A stretch of 64,000 nt of DNA from Leptolyngbyaceae cyanobacterium (GCA_965263355.1 CBDHHL010000056.1:736001-800000); one strand, 5' to 3'; shown: positions 39,942 to 51,580, counted from the first letter of the stretch. Translations and numbers: made by a program. Notes: a model not told the origin generated them from the sequence alone.

Positions 39942-41198
39942 TTAGAACTTTAACCGCTGCTGAAAATTTGCCACCGATTCCACAATGCCGATCGCAATAA
40001 AATTTGTCAGCAATGATGAGCGCCCATAGCTCATCCACGGCAACGGAATTCCTGTAATCGGAGCCAACCCGATGGTCATGCCAATATTCACCATCACCTG
40101 GAATACAATCATCGACAGGACACCAATTGCGAGCAGCGACCCAAAATTATCCTTCGCGTTTTGAGCAATAATAATCAGCCGCAGGCAAATAAACCAAAAC
40201 ACTATTACCATGGCCAGGGCGCCCATAAAGCCAAGCTCTTCACCCAGAGCCGAGAAAATAAAGTCGGTATGCTGTTCCGGAATAAAACTCAGCTGGGTTT
40301 GGGTGCCATGGAATAACCCTCGCCCCCACAACTGTCCTGACCCAATAGCGATTCGCGACTGAATTAAGTGATATCCACCCCCCAACGGATCCTGTTCAGG
40401 ATTTAAAAATAAGGTCAAACGGTCCCGCTGATAATCTTGTAGCAAGCTCCATAACAATTCGCCGATTTTACCTGCAATCGAATTAACAACAACAATGATT
40501 AACGTGCTGTACCATCGCAACGGCAGAGTTAACCAGGCAATTACGCCCATAACCATAACCCAGCCTATCCACACAGGAATGTAGAGGTTGAATATAACTG
40601 CAGCAACAACGGGTGATACCAATAGTACTAACCAGCCAGGATTCATATTGCTCCAGTAGAGCATCCCCAAAACAATTGCCCCAAATACTAACGAAGTACC
40701 CAAGTCCGGTTGCAAAAAGATTAGTGTCCAAGGGACAGCGGTAATGGCCAATGCCTTAATCAACCCCCCTAAGGTGGTTGATTCCCGATCCTTAAGGGTA
40801 GCTGCTAGGGTGATGATAAGCCCAATTTTGGCAAATTCTGAAGGCTGAATATTAAAGCTACCGATCCTAAGCCAGCTTTGGGCTCCGTTGCCGACGGTAC
40901 CTATCAACATCACAGCCACCAAGGAGACATTGGTAACTAAATAGATTACCCAACGCCACTCCAACAAAGATTCATAACGGCTGCGGGCAATCCACATGCA
41001 TAGGACCAAGCCGATCACACACATAACTACATGGTTCCAGGCCAGGTCGGTCTCACCGGTATATAGCCGAGTGCTAGCAATTAATAGACTCGAAAAGAGC
41101 GTGATGCCTACGGGAAAGAATAGCAATAGCCAGTCGATCCCACGCCAGGGATGCAACCAACGATGAAACCATTTGCCTAGAAATGTGGTTTGAGCCAT
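39942..41198 (-). CDS. rodA: Rod shape-determining protein RodA
   Basis: QPSEFAK, QPDLGT, PEQHTDFIF, PITGIPLPWMSYG. Confidence 0.95.
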   Translation of the reverse strand: MAQTTFLGKWFHRWLHPWRGIDWLLLFFPVGITLFSSLLIASTRLYTGETDLAWNHVVMCVIGLVLCMWIARSRYESLLEWRWVIYLVTNVSLVAVMLIGTVGNGAQSWLRIGSFNIQPSEFAKIGLIITLAATLKDRESTTLGGLIKALAITAVPWTLIFLQPDLGTSLVFGAIVLGMLYWSNMNPGWLVLLVSPVVAAVIFNLYIPVWIGWVMVMGVIAWLTLPLRWYSTLIIVVVNSIAGKIGELLWSLLQDYQRDRLTLFLNPEQDPLGGGYHLIQSRIAIGSGQLWGRGLFHGTQTQLSFIPEQHTDFIFSALGEELGFMGALAMVIVFWFICLRLIIIAQNAKDNFGSLLAIGVLSMIVFQVMVNIGMTIGLAPITGIPLPWMSYGRSSLLTNFIAIGIVESVANFQQRLKF

Positions 41199-41257
41199 AC
41201 AAATAAACCCTGTTCGTCCTATCGGAGCATTGCATGCAATGCCCTGACGTCAATGCC

Positions 41258-42328
41258 CTACGTTAATGCGGCTATTGAAACTTTAGCCGCTACCTGCTGA
41301 GAAATTTTAGTCAAGGCAACCGCAGAAGCTGACTCTGGCTGAGCTAATACAATTGGCTTGCCCTCATCGCCACCTGCTCTAACCGACATCTCTAAAGGGA
41401 CACAACCCAATAGAGGGACCCCTAATGTTTCGGCTGCTTTGGCACCACCTCCGGAACCAAAAATGTCATAGCTCTTGTCGGGCATATCAGGGGGCACAAA
41501 ATAGCTCATATTCTCTACAATGCCTAACACACGCACATTCAGCTGCTCAAACATCTTTAAGCCACGGCGAGCGTCAGAGAGAGCCACATCCTGAGGTGTG
41601 GTGACAATTACAACGCCAGCCATGGGCACAGCTTGGGCCATAGTCAGCTGGGCATCTCCTGTCCCAGGGGGCATGTCCACGACTAGGTAATCTAACTCGC
41701 CCCATTGTACCTGGTACAAAAATTGACGAATAATTCCGTTTAACATGGGTCCACGCCAGACTACAGGCTGGTCAGGATCAATTAAAAATCCCATGGAAAC
41801 AAGTTTGACACCATGGTTAAAGGCGGGCTCTAATTCTTGCTGCCCATCAGCACCCTCTCTAACAACAACGTTGCCATCTTTCAAACCCATCATAATGGGT
41901 GCATTGGGGCCATAAATATCGGCATCGAGTAACCCCACCTGAGCACCTGCTTTAGCTAGGGAAACGGCAATATTAACGGCTACAGTACTTTTGCCCACAC
42001 CACCCTTGCCACTGGATACGGCCAAAATGTTTTTAACCTTATCGATGCCTTGTTGTTCAGGTAAGGATGACTTTTGCTGAGGTGTTTCAGCGGTTACTTC
42101 AACAGCAACAGAGGCCACACCTGGCAAGGTTTTAACGGCTTTCTCGCAGTCTTCAACAATAAATTCTTTCAGGGGGCAAGCTGGAGTTGTTAATACAAGG
42201 GTAAAGCTCACCTGACCGGCATCAACGGTCACATTACGGATCATATTGAGCTCAACTAAGCTTTTTTGTAGCTCAGGGTCTTGAACAGGGCGCAGTACGT
42301 CCAGAATTGCCTCAGTTGTCGGCATCAT
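41258..42328 (-). CDS. mrp: Mrp/ApbC Fe-S cluster carrier ATPase
   Basis: TTPACP, SGKGGVGKST, WRGPM, DMPPGTGD. Confidence 0.95.
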   Translation of the reverse strand: MMPTTEAILDVLRPVQDPELQKSLVELNMIRNVTVDAGQVSFTLVLTTPACPLKEFIVEDCEKAVKTLPGVASVAVEVTAETPQQKSSLPEQQGIDKVKNILAVSSGKGGVGKSTVAVNIAVSLAKAGAQVGLLDADIYGPNAPIMMGLKDGNVVVREGADGQQELEPAFNHGVKLVSMGFLIDPDQPVVWRGPMLNGIIRQFLYQVQWGELDYLVVDMPPGTGDAQLTMAQAVPMAGVVIVTTPQDVALSDARRGLKMFEQLNVRVLGIVENMSYFVPPDMPDKSYDIFGSGGGAKAAETLGVPLLGCVPLEMSVRAGGDEGKPIVLAQPESASAVALTKISQQVAAKVSIAALT

Positions 42329-42391
42329 GTTTTTAGAAGACAGGTATGAACGGGCGGAAAAATATTTACCAACCATTCTAAAGGTTTGTGT

Positions 42392-42435
42392 CCCATGATG
42401 TAGGGGCATTACATGGAACGCCCCTACATCATGGG
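42392..42435. repeat. GTAG-type REP hairpin with 16-bp perfect stem
   Basis: CCCATGATGTAGGGGC...GCCCCTACATCATGGG. Confidence 0.75.
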
Positions 42436-42441
42436 GATGAG

Positions 42442-42999
42442 CTAGCTAAAGATGTCTCGATATTGATTAGGTCCAATGGTTGATGTGGTGGCTTGCTCGG
42501 CGGCCTGGGCTAGCGCAGCAGCAACGCGAGCAGCATAGGGTCGTAAAAATGACCAGGCTACATGGGATAAACAGCCCCTGAGTTCAATTGAGTAAGAGAT
42601 ACGTGTACCACACAGGGAAGACTCCAGGCGATAGACTGCCCGCTCTTCTAATCCAGGAACTGGAAAAACACGGAGGCTAATATATTCTCCAGGCAGTACG
42701 CTCTCTACAAAAATTTTGATAGGTACGGGGACCCAGTGGGCAAACACACGATAAATCAGACCTGGCTTGGCTTGTTGACCACTAGGAGCATTGGTGGAGG
42801 TAATCAGTGGATGCCAGGAAGCCAAACCAGCTAAATCGTTTATTGTTTGCCAGAGCACCTCGATAGAGGCGGTACTGCTAACTTGGTAGTGCTTTTCCAA
42901 AGTTCGTTTATGCCTCTGGATCAGGGTCGATTGTCCAATGGCCTTGGGGGCTGGGCGGTGGAAATATTGCTTAAGTGACTGAAACCAGAGTTGAAGCAT
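42442..42999 (-). CDS. SRPBCC/polyketide cyclase family protein
   Basis: LW....DLA...SWHPLI..TN, PGLI motifs. Confidence 0.7.
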   Translation of the reverse strand: MLQLWFQSLKQYFHRPAPKAIGQSTLIQRHKRTLEKHYQVSSTASIEVLWQTINDLAGLASWHPLITSTNAPSGQQAKPGLIYRVFAHWVPVPIKIFVESVLPGEYISLRVFPVPGLEERAVYRLESSLCGTRISYSIELRGCLSHVAWSFLRPYAARVAAALAQAAEQATTSTIGPNQYRDIFS

Positions 43000-43382
43000 G
43001 ATGCGCCTGCGGGCTACCAGATAAATTGCCATAGCCTGGGCATTAGCTTTAGCCCTATCAGCAAATCGTTTAATGCTGATGACAAACGGATTGATGATTA
43101 TCTGGAGATGGCCACGTAATTTTTTATATTGAAAGGCATTTTAACCTTGGGTTAACATTTCACCTACTTGTTACCCCAAGGGTAACTTTGGAAACAAAGA
43201 TTTCACATAGCTTTGAGCATTTGTCAAGGATTGTCACACTGTGTGTCGACTTGGTCTAAAAAATCTCAAATCGTGGTTCATTATCATTATTAGCTGCTTC
43301 TCAAAACCTGTGTTTTTGCAGATTTTACAAACAGTTGGCAGCAGTGGTTTTATCAAAAATTGTTTTTTAGCTCTAGATCGCC

Positions 43383-44408
43383 ATGGTCATCGCTTCTACG
43401 CAGAAGGTATGTAGTCCCGTTACTCCTCCCAGTGATTCCCGTGAACGTGTCAGTGCTGGGTTCAAGGGTCTGCAGGATCGCATCTGTCAGAAGCTGACTG
43501 AAGTTGATGGCGTTGGCAAGTTTAAGGAAGACCAGTGGACTCGTCCCGATGGTGGCGGTGGTCGTTCACGGGTGATGAAGCAAGGCGATGTTTTTGAACA
43601 GGGGGGGGTTAACTTCTCAGAGGTTTGGGGAGATAGGTTGCCTCCTTCAATTTTAATGCAGCGTCCTGAAGCCGAAGGTCATGGTTTCTATGCGACGGGA
43701 ACTTCGTTGGTGTTGCATCCTCGTAATCCTTATGTGCCTACGGTTCACTTAAATTATCGCTACTTTGAAGCGGGGCCAGTTTGGTGGTTTGGTGGTGGTA
43801 TTGACCTGACGCCTTACTATCCCTTTGAGGAAGACGTCGTGCAGTTTCATAGAACGCTTAAGGAAGCGTGCGATCGCAACCACCCTGAGTATTACAACAC
43901 TTTCAAACTCTGGTGTGACGAATACTTTTACCTAAAGCACCGTCAGGAAACCCGTGGTGTTGGCGGTGTCTTCTTCGACTATCAAGATGGTACTGGTGAG
44001 TTATATCGTGGTCCTAAATCTGACGGTCCTGCTGCTCAGCACAGTCAATCTGTGGGGCAGTTAGTACAGCGTAGCTGGGAAGACTTGTTCAAGTTTGCCA
44101 TCGATTGTGGGGATGCATTTTTACCATCCTATATACCTATTGTTGAAAAGCGCCGTCATACTGAGTACGGAGAGCATCAGCGTAATTTCCAGCTTTATCG
44201 TCGTGGACGCTATGTAGAATTTAATCTTGTCTATGACCGTGGCACTATCTTTGGTTTACAAACCAATGGTCGTACCGAGTCTATCCTGATGTCGTTACCT
44301 CCCATGGTGCGTTGGGAATACAGCTATGCTCCTGAACCAGGAACTCCCGAAGCGAAGCTTTACGATACCTTCTTAAAGCCTCAGGATTGGGTGAACTGGT
44401 GCCCATAG
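43383..44408 (+). CDS. hemF: Oxygen-dependent coproporphyrinogen oxidase
   Basis: [34 protein letters not shown]. Confidence 0.98.
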   Translation: MVIASTQKVCSPVTPPSDSRERVSAGFKGLQDRICQKLTEVDGVGKFKEDQWTRPDGGGGRSRVMKQGDVFEQGGVNFSEVWGDRLPPSILMQRPEAEGHGFYATGTSLVLHPRNPYVPTVHLNYRYFEAGPVWWFGGGIDLTPYYPFEEDVVQFHRTLKEACDRNHPEYYNTFKLWCDEYFYLKHRQETRGVGGVFFDYQDGTGELYRGPKSDGPAAQHSQSVGQLVQRSWEDLFKFAIDCGDAFLPSYIPIVEKRRHTEYGEHQRNFQLYRRGRYVEFNLVYDRGTIFGLQTNGRTESILMSLPPMVRWEYSYAPEPGTPEAKLYDTFLKPQDWVNWCP

Positions 44409-44430
44409 GAAAATATTTCTCATTATTTTT

Positions 44431-44460
44431 AGGGTGTGTGGAACTCCATGCACCCTTTCT
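44431..44460 (+). terminator. Probable terminator hairpin after hemF
   Basis: AGGGTG...CACCCT followed by TTCT. Confidence 0.5.
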
Positions 44461-44767
44461 ATATCAATAGATATACCGAGAAAGAATGCGGAGTATGCGC
44501 CTTTACTGATTTGGTCAGGTGCTTAAATATCCTGATTTGGTAGGGGTTTCTATGCATATTATTGTGCACGTTGTTCTGAGCATGTTGTATTTACATACAG
44601 CCAGGGTTTCTGAATGTCAATCAAAATCCGCAATTTGTCGTAAGCATTGACATTTCATCGCTTTCTCCTGATCTCAGGGGCATCATGATATGTACGGGTG
44701 TAAGGCTTTTTGGTTTATGCTCGTCAAACATTAGAACGTTAATAGCATAGATTTAGGGCCGGTTACC

Positions 44768-45130
44768 ATGGAGCAAAGAATAGTCAACCCCCCCGAGAGT
44801 AATCACACTATCGTTGTCTTTTCACCTCAAGGGCGGCTAGATATTACTACAGCTTGGCAGTTTCGACTAAAGTTGCAGGAGTGTATTGTGAATACCACTC
44901 CCCATATCATTGTCAATCTTGGCCAGGTTAACTTTATTGATAGCTCAGGTTTGACCTCTCTAGTAGCAGGTATGCGAGACGCTGATAAGCTGCAGGGAAG
45001 CTTTAAGTTGTGCAATGTCCATCCGGAATCAAAGTTAGTCTTTGAAGTCACCATGATGGATTCTGTATTTGCTATTTATGACAGTGAAGAAGAAGCGATT
45101 AAGGCAGCACCCGAGCCAATGGTTTTTTAG
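44768..45130 (+). CDS. STAS-domain anti-sigma factor antagonist
   Basis: GRLD, VNFIDSSGL motifs. Confidence 0.92.
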   Translation: MEQRIVNPPESNHTIVVFSPQGRLDITTAWQFRLKLQECIVNTTPHIIVNLGQVNFIDSSGLTSLVAGMRDADKLQGSFKLCNVHPESKLVFEVTMMDSVFAIYDSEEEAIKAAPEPMVF

Positions 45131-45347
45131 AAGGCTGACGGAGCTGAACCGTAACATAGGTTACGACACAGGTTATTGGACCTCAAAGTCCTCTGCTATC
45201 GCACATAGTCATCCATAGCACTGCTGATTTCGTTAAGGTGGTATAGGCATCCATCACGAAAATGCTACTTTGCCTTGGACCTATACGATTCTTGGCAAAA
45301 GTTCGTCCGCAGTAGAAAATGATGTCTAGCGTTTTATTATCCCACCT

Positions 45348-46133
45348 GTGACTAACCTCCGTACGGTTTCTGATACCAAGCGAGCCTTCTACACTTGCCA
45401 TTCTCGTCCCATCAACTCTCTTTATCGAAGGGTGGTTGAGGAGCTGATGGTGGAGATGCATCTGCTTTCAGTCAATGTTGATTTTGTTTATAACCCCCTC
45501 TATGCCCTTGGTGTGGTCACCAGCTTTGACCGATTTATGACGGGCTATGAGCCGGAGCGGGATAAAGAGTCAATTTTTTCGGCTCTTTGTAAAGCAGTTG
45601 ATGGTGATCCCCAGCAATATCGCCAGGATGCTGAGGCATTAAAAACCGATCTTGCCCAACTATCATTGAGTGAGTTAGACCAGCAGCTCTCTAATGCTAA
45701 AACCACAGATGGTGGCAGTTTGCAGGGCAAGCTTCACATGGTAGCTAACCAAGCGAGTGCCAAATATACCCGGCTTATGGCTGTGGGCCTATACACTCTG
45801 TTTGAAACCGTTGATGATTCATCCCTAGAGGATAAAGACAAGCGGGAAGAAATGCTGAAAGCAGCTGCCGAAATGCTTGCCTTGCCAGCTGAAAAGGTGG
45901 ACAAAGATCTCGAGCTTTACCGGAGCAATCTAGATAAGATGGCCCAAGCTCAAGAAGTTATGCAAGATATCTTGGAAGCTGAGCGTAAAAAACGTGAACA
46001 GCGCGCTCAAGCAAAGGCGGAATCTACGGCTTCTGAAACGCCTCCTGAGAAGTCTTCTGACACTCCGTCTGCTGATGATACTTCGTCTACAGCGGTTGCA
46101 GATGCTGAACCTGAGTCGGCTGGCTCTGACTGA
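45348..46133 (+). CDS. psb29: Photosystem II biogenesis protein Psb29/Thf1
   Basis: RTVSDTKRAF...RPINSLYRRVVEELMVEMHL; KDLELYRSNL. Confidence 0.95.
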   Translation: MTNLRTVSDTKRAFYTCHSRPINSLYRRVVEELMVEMHLLSVNVDFVYNPLYALGVVTSFDRFMTGYEPERDKESIFSALCKAVDGDPQQYRQDAEALKTDLAQLSLSELDQQLSNAKTTDGGSLQGKLHMVANQASAKYTRLMAVGLYTLFETVDDSSLEDKDKREEMLKAAAEMLALPAEKVDKDLELYRSNLDKMAQAQEVMQDILEAERKKREQRAQAKAESTASETPPEKSSDTPSADDTSSTAVADAEPESAGSD

Positions 46134-46158
46134 GTCTTAACTCTACCTGCCGAGCCCT

Positions 46159-47673
46159 CTACTGAGCTAGGGTTACCCAGTAAAGATAATACTCCTCATT
46201 TTGCCAGGCTTTTGTGAATGACTGAATGGGTTCAACGTTTAAACCTGGTGTGGGTATCTCCAGATCTTTGTGGAGTATCAGCAGAATTTTAGGGTGTTTG
46301 ATAATGAGTTGATTGACCTGCCGGATAATTTCTGGCTGGTTAACTTCTCGACGTACGCCCTTGAAAAATAATGTGTAACTACCGATGGCCTGGCGTTCTG
46401 GAAAGTAAAAAGGCCGATTGAAATAGCCACTCAAAGATGCCATTTGGGCATCCCGGCTAGCCACAATAAACTCATCTTGTAAATTGGCCTCTTTCATATA
46501 ATTGGCAGTAGCACGGCTGGCGGAATAGGGGATCTGGAGATCCATAGTGAATAGGAAAATGCCGCCGAGAAAATGGGCGACTAAAATGGTGGCGAATAGT
46601 CGTTTAAACCAGCGTTGGGATTGCCGTTGCCATATTTCTAGGATGGGTAATCGTTGGGTAATGGCTGGGGTGGATCTGTAGTGATGACCTAGCCATAGTG
46701 CTGCTATCAGAATGAGATAAAAGTTACCAAAATGCCGAATTGAGAGTGCCATAAACTTGGCATAGGTGAACCCTAAAAGAATCCCATTACTGAGCAGATA
46801 AAAAAACAGAGGGTAGGGCTTTTTGACTAGTTTGAGGACAACCAAAAAGCAAGACCCTAGGGTGATTACGGCACAGACTAATAGATCTAGATAACGCTTA
46901 CCGTTGGGGATGATGACATAATATCCGCCAAATAAGCGGCCAATAGCCCTGAGCAAATGGCGTATATCCAGACCAGTGACATAACCTTCTAAGGCCTGAT
47001 TGGCGACATCGCTGGGGGGGAGTATGAAATAAAAGGCGATGGCATAGCCCGCAATGATTACAATGGCGCTGAATGTAATATCGAGCCAATTACGCCGAAG
47101 TTTAGCCTCGAATAGCAGCTCCAACGCCAGGGTGAGGGCAATTGCGATCGCCATCAAAAATGCATAGACATTGCTATTGGCCAATAACACCAGCAACCCT
47201 GCCAGGGGCCAATAGACACGCTGCCGCTGGGGCCACAGGGTACAAATAGCAAACAATAGCAGCATCGCCACAGCATAGTTACGCGCAATTAGCAGATGCT
47301 CATAAAACGGTAAATAGCCAAAGGTAAACAGCCACTTTTGCCATTGGTTAAAAGGACTGCAACGCCAAATTAGCAACACTGTACCCATGGCCAACAGCCA
47401 GTGAAATATCTGCATGGCCATGGGATGGCCAAACCCATGGTAAAGACCGGCTACCAGCAAGTGCCATAACCCCGGATGGGCACGATCGTAGTGAATATTT
47501 TCTACAAAGGCTGCCCAGGAGGGACTATCTCGGGCAATCAACCACACATTCATTTCGTCACGCCACATGCTGTGGTTGAGGGTGCCGAGCAGACCTAACA
47601 CAGCCGCTAGGATGACGGCTGTCCAGGGTGATTGGTAGAGCGCGATCAACCAGCGGGGTACACGAAATGTCAT
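46159..47673 (-). CDS. Polytopic membrane protein, GT-C-like glycosyltransferase
   Basis: H.MWRDE...WLIA, HPGLW, ARNYA; many TM segments. Confidence 0.65.
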   Translation of the reverse strand: MTFRVPRWLIALYQSPWTAVILAAVLGLLGTLNHSMWRDEMNVWLIARDSPSWAAFVENIHYDRAHPGLWHLLVAGLYHGFGHPMAMQIFHWLLAMGTVLLIWRCSPFNQWQKWLFTFGYLPFYEHLLIARNYAVAMLLLFAICTLWPQRQRVYWPLAGLLVLLANSNVYAFLMAIAIALTLALELLFEAKLRRNWLDITFSAIVIIAGYAIAFYFILPPSDVANQALEGYVTGLDIRHLLRAIGRLFGGYYVIIPNGKRYLDLLVCAVITLGSCFLVVLKLVKKPYPLFFYLLSNGILLGFTYAKFMALSIRHFGNFYLILIAALWLGHHYRSTPAITQRLPILEIWQRQSQRWFKRLFATILVAHFLGGIFLFTMDLQIPYSASRATANYMKEANLQDEFIVASRDAQMASLSGYFNRPFYFPERQAIGSYTLFFKGVRREVNQPEIIRQVNQLIIKHPKILLILHKDLEIPTPGLNVEPIQSFTKAWQNEEYYLYWVTLAQ

Positions 47674-47757
47674 GGATTGCGAGACTCGGGGGCGCAATCG
47701 ATCATACTGCTAACTGTCACCGCTGGTATGCTGACGTAACTGTTGGGCAAATTGCTA

Positions 47758-49509
47758 CTATTGTGCTGCTGTTGTCATCCCTTTGTCTAAAATACAGGTG
47801 CTAGGCGCTAGCCAGAAGTGAGCTGTTTCTACCACTGCACAGGGTTGAATGTGGGTGCTGAGCACACCGGGCTGCTTCAGACTGACCTGCGTAAAGGCAG
47901 CTGGCGGATAGTTATTGGCCCAATATCGATGGTGACTCAAATAGTTAGGGGCAAAGGCCGCTTTATTTACCAGCCAAAAATCGACACCGTAGCGATGAAT
48001 AAATGTGGCAAGTGTATCTTGATTGCTGGTGTAGTGGGCATTTAGTAAATCTTCAGCTCGCTGTCGGATCTGACGGTAATAGCCTAAGTGAAATGGAGTT
48101 GCATATTCCGGTGCTATCAACGTTGGGCGTTTGGCAAAGACAGGAATATTATCGGCTTCAAAATCGAGGGATGCTATTAAGGCGTCTTGGGGCTGAGTTT
48201 GCAAATATTCGTAAATGGGTGCTTCTTGCCCAGTTATATAAAGGGTTTTAGGGAATTTTTTTAGCAGCAGTGGATAGTAAAAAAAGAGGGGGACGACAAC
48301 CAGTAATACGGCCATTGGGGGCAGACATTTATGCAACACAGCCTTTGATTTATGGCTTCTTTTTTGACGGTTACAAATCGTTTCTAGCAAGCTTGTCCAA
48401 GCAATAGCCGCCAGGATGGGCATGGCTAACATAATGCAATGGCTGGTATAACGACCCGGCATATGGAGCTTAAAGGCCTGGGCATAGGCAGCGGTAAACC
48501 AAACCAAGCTGACACAGGTCAGTTTGGTAAACACATGAATGGAGGGCTGCACAGCTTTTAAGCTGACAAAGTTCTTGCCCCGCTGCATTGGTAGCAAAAA
48601 TAGAGCCGCCACCAGGGTGACTGGAGTAAACAGAGTACGTTTGAGAATCGCACCATGGCCACCAAACAAAATCAACCAGTAGCGCGATATCCCCTCTCTA
48701 AAAAAAGAATGACGCCCCGTGGGCTGGAATTCTGGTATTGTTTGGGCCTGGGCCATGGTGACCACTGGCCCAAACTGATGGGACAGCAAATAAGTGGGCA
48801 AAATGCATAGGGTAGCCAGGATCATGGCAGCGATCGCAACCCTAATACGGTGCCGATGAACAAGCACCCAAGGCCGATACCACTTTACTTTGAGCCCTGG
48901 CCAATCCACCGCGTTGGCCAGGTACAGTGTAGTGGCCACCGCCGCCACAGGGGGATAAAACAGGGTTAGCAACCCCAGCAAAATAAGACTCAACCGCCAC
49001 TGTCGCCGCACAAAGTAAAACAGTAGTGGAATCATGAGTGGGTAGATAAATGCCCGTGGCGAGGCCGACACCACATCGTCATTACACCAGAGATGTTGAC
49101 TCAGCATGACTGAGGCCATCACACCGGCTATGGGCACTGGAAAGATAGTCAGAGTAAGGCTGTAATAATAGCCCGCCGCTATCATCCCCAGGAACATTGG
49201 CAGCACTTTAGCCAACCACTCAGGCGCTAACTGACAGTAGCTGGCCAGGCGATACAGCAGCTTATATCCTACGGGGGCAATAGACTGGAGATAGTCAGCA
49301 ATCAAATCATTGGGAAACGCCCTAGGGTCTTGAAAGCGCTCCATCCAAAATAGATAGTGACGAGCATCGTCCTGTACGACATAATCCGCCGAAAACCCCT
49401 TTTGCATGGCGAGATAACCATAGAAAAAGGCAAAAAAAAGGCTGACGGACAGCCCTACAAACCATTGACGGCGGGAAATTTTTTGCGGACTAAATATCCC
49501 AGTCAGCAT
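47758..49509 (-). CDS. Polytopic membrane protein, GT-C-like
   Basis: VVQDDARH acidic loop after TM1; many TM segments. Confidence 0.6.
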   Translation of the reverse strand: MLTGIFSPQKISRRQWFVGLSVSLFFAFFYGYLAMQKGFSADYVVQDDARHYLFWMERFQDPRAFPNDLIADYLQSIAPVGYKLLYRLASYCQLAPEWLAKVLPMFLGMIAAGYYYSLTLTIFPVPIAGVMASVMLSQHLWCNDDVVSASPRAFIYPLMIPLLFYFVRRQWRLSLILLGLLTLFYPPVAAVATTLYLANAVDWPGLKVKWYRPWVLVHRHRIRVAIAAMILATLCILPTYLLSHQFGPVVTMAQAQTIPEFQPTGRHSFFREGISRYWLILFGGHGAILKRTLFTPVTLVAALFLLPMQRGKNFVSLKAVQPSIHVFTKLTCVSLVWFTAAYAQAFKLHMPGRYTSHCIMLAMPILAAIAWTSLLETICNRQKRSHKSKAVLHKCLPPMAVLLVVVPLFFYYPLLLKKFPKTLYITGQEAPIYEYLQTQPQDALIASLDFEADNIPVFAKRPTLIAPEYATPFHLGYYRQIRQRAEDLLNAHYTSNQDTLATFIHRYGVDFWLVNKAAFAPNYLSHHRYWANNYPPAAFTQVSLKQPGVLSTHIQPCAVVETAHFWLAPSTCILDKGMTTAAQ

Positions 49510-49824
49510 AGAAAAATTGATAAAAATAGGAATGAAGCATCGCGTTCGTCAGAAAAATTGCCAGCTGTGTAAACAACTCTCAGAGGTTCTTTATTGAGTG
49601 AAGTATCAGCAGGCAGACTGGTCCTTTGTATGTCTTACATGTTGGACGACCCTGGATAAAGACAGAGCCCATTACACGTATGGTGGTACTTGGAAAGCCA
49701 AAAAGCGTAGATAGGGGCATCTCCCGTAGAGCAAGCTTGCCTCTTGCTCAAAGAATTGGCTTTCATAACAGTATTTCACCCAGGTACGAGCAAATCCTTA
49801 AGCTTTGGTCGCAATTATGTTGCT

Positions 49825-51510
49825 TTAATAGGAACGAATACGTACTAAATGAGTTTGTTTGATTTGGCCGAGATCGTCATAGGGCGTATCAAGGGTGGGC
49901 AACTCACTACGTTCAATCCACAGGTAATCATCACGACTAACCTGATCTAAGGTTTGTAGCCGTTTGCCAGGATTAGGGGTGTAGAACCTGAGTAAAGTAC
50001 TTCGTTTACTATTCAGACCAGGGGAAAAATCAATCGATTTCGTTTGTAAGATCGGTTGAATATCGTTGCGGATTAACAGAGCTTTCATCTCAGGATTAAT
50101 ATTGCCCAGGTCAGCTGTTCCCCAAGCAATGATGAGACTAACCCAGTGCCCCAACAGCAGTAGCACTAACCAGCTAGTCATAATTTTGGAGCCGGTTGGT
50201 TTAGCGTTGAACCACAGCAGGCTGGCTGCGAGCCATAGTAACCCTAGCCCCAAAGCAATTGGTGCATAGGGTCTAATGTCGTTGGTGCTGGGTAGGATGT
50301 CAGTCGTCAATGCAAGACCGACGGCCACTGTTAGCAAGCTGCCTAAGACAATGAGGAAACCGTTAACGACATTTAATAGCTGCCTCACGCGACCTCTAGG
50401 GGGTGCCTGCACCAGATAGGCCATGGCATAGCCGGTCAGTAAGGCCAGAAATGGATAGGTGGGGATAGCGTAATGCGGTAGCTTAGTGGAGGCAAAACTG
50501 AGTAAACCTAGATAGGCCAGCGGGTAGATTAACAACAGTGAAATTTGAGGCTGGGCCAGCTGAGTCAATCTGTTTTTTGAGCGAATTAGAGTTATCAGCA
50601 AAAAAATGACCGCTGCCAGTGCAAAAAAGATCCAAACAAAGTCATTTGCCAAAAGGTTGAATAAATAAAAAAGAGGCGACTTGGCGCGGTCGGCAGTTAA
50701 GCTCTGATTGACTGGAAAATTGATCAGGGCATTGATTACAGCCATGTCGTAACGTTGCCAGCAACGCCAAAGCCAGATTGCCGTGGGTAGTAAACCCACC
50801 AATATGCCTAGATAAAGGCTCCATTGCTTCAAATGTTGTCGTCCTGACAAGAGTAAATAGGGCAATAAGCAGGCGATGGGAATGACAGCCAGGGCACTGC
50901 GAACCAGTATGGTGAGTCCCAGAGTGATGCCTGCGACAAAATAAAGCCAGGACCTACGGCTCAATAAAGCAGTTGCCTCAGTCGGTTGCTCAGCGGCCAT
51001 AAGAAACAGCCAAATAGCTAGCAATATCAGCCCTGTAAACAGCACATCGGGGGTGGCTAGCCGACTATACTGCAACCATAGGGGAGCCACCCCTAAGGAC
51101 AGTGCTCCTAACAAACCTGCAGTCGGATTCAGCAAACGGCGACCAATGGCGTAGGTGAGTAGAATGCAGCCAAGACTAGCTAACAGGCTAGGCAGTCGTA
51201 CAGCGATTTCGTGCCGTCCCAGCAATTGGATAAATAGAGCGACTATCCAGTATGGACCGGGGGTTTTGTGCTGGGGAACATCCCAGGGGTGAATCCAATC
51301 GCCCGTATCCACAATTACTCTTGCCCGACGGGCGTACAGTCCTTCGTCGTGGGCCATCAAGCTCTGTTGGTCCAGATCAAAAAAACCTGACAGCAAGAGG
51401 GGCAGCATCCATAACAACAGCACAAGCCAATGCCACTGCTTTGCTTGAATAATCGTTTGGATAGTAGTTTGGCTACCTAGCCTACCGAGGCCCAATTGCC
51501 AGCGGGTCAT
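49825..51510 (-). CDS. ArnT/PMT-family (GT-C) glycosyltransferase
   Basis: HDEGLYA, KTPGPYW, RLPS, KLPHY. Confidence 0.85.
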   Translation of the reverse strand: MTRWQLGLGRLGSQTTIQTIIQAKQWHWLVLLLWMLPLLLSGFFDLDQQSLMAHDEGLYARRARVIVDTGDWIHPWDVPQHKTPGPYWIVALFIQLLGRHEIAVRLPSLLASLGCILLTYAIGRRLLNPTAGLLGALSLGVAPLWLQYSRLATPDVLFTGLILLAIWLFLMAAEQPTEATALLSRRSWLYFVAGITLGLTILVRSALAVIPIACLLPYLLLSGRQHLKQWSLYLGILVGLLPTAIWLWRCWQRYDMAVINALINFPVNQSLTADRAKSPLFYLFNLLANDFVWIFFALAAVIFLLITLIRSKNRLTQLAQPQISLLLIYPLAYLGLLSFASTKLPHYAIPTYPFLALLTGYAMAYLVQAPPRGRVRQLLNVVNGFLIVLGSLLTVAVGLALTTDILPSTNDIRPYAPIALGLGLLWLAASLLWFNAKPTGSKIMTSWLVLLLLGHWVSLIIAWGTADLGNINPEMKALLIRNDIQPILQTKSIDFSPGLNSKRSTLLRFYTPNPGKRLQTLDQVSRDDYLWIERSELPTLDTPYDDLGQIKQTHLVRIRSY

Positions 51511-51580
51511 GGGAAGAGGAAGATGATAGGGCGTAGCTATTGTGCCATTGTCCCGAAAGAATTGTCTTGGTTGAATTACT

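Noticed and set aside
45151..45164. NtcA site GTA-N8-TAC upstream of psb29
   Set aside because: Matches the consensus but has no correctly spaced -10 element and lies just after a stop codon; may simply be a hairpin
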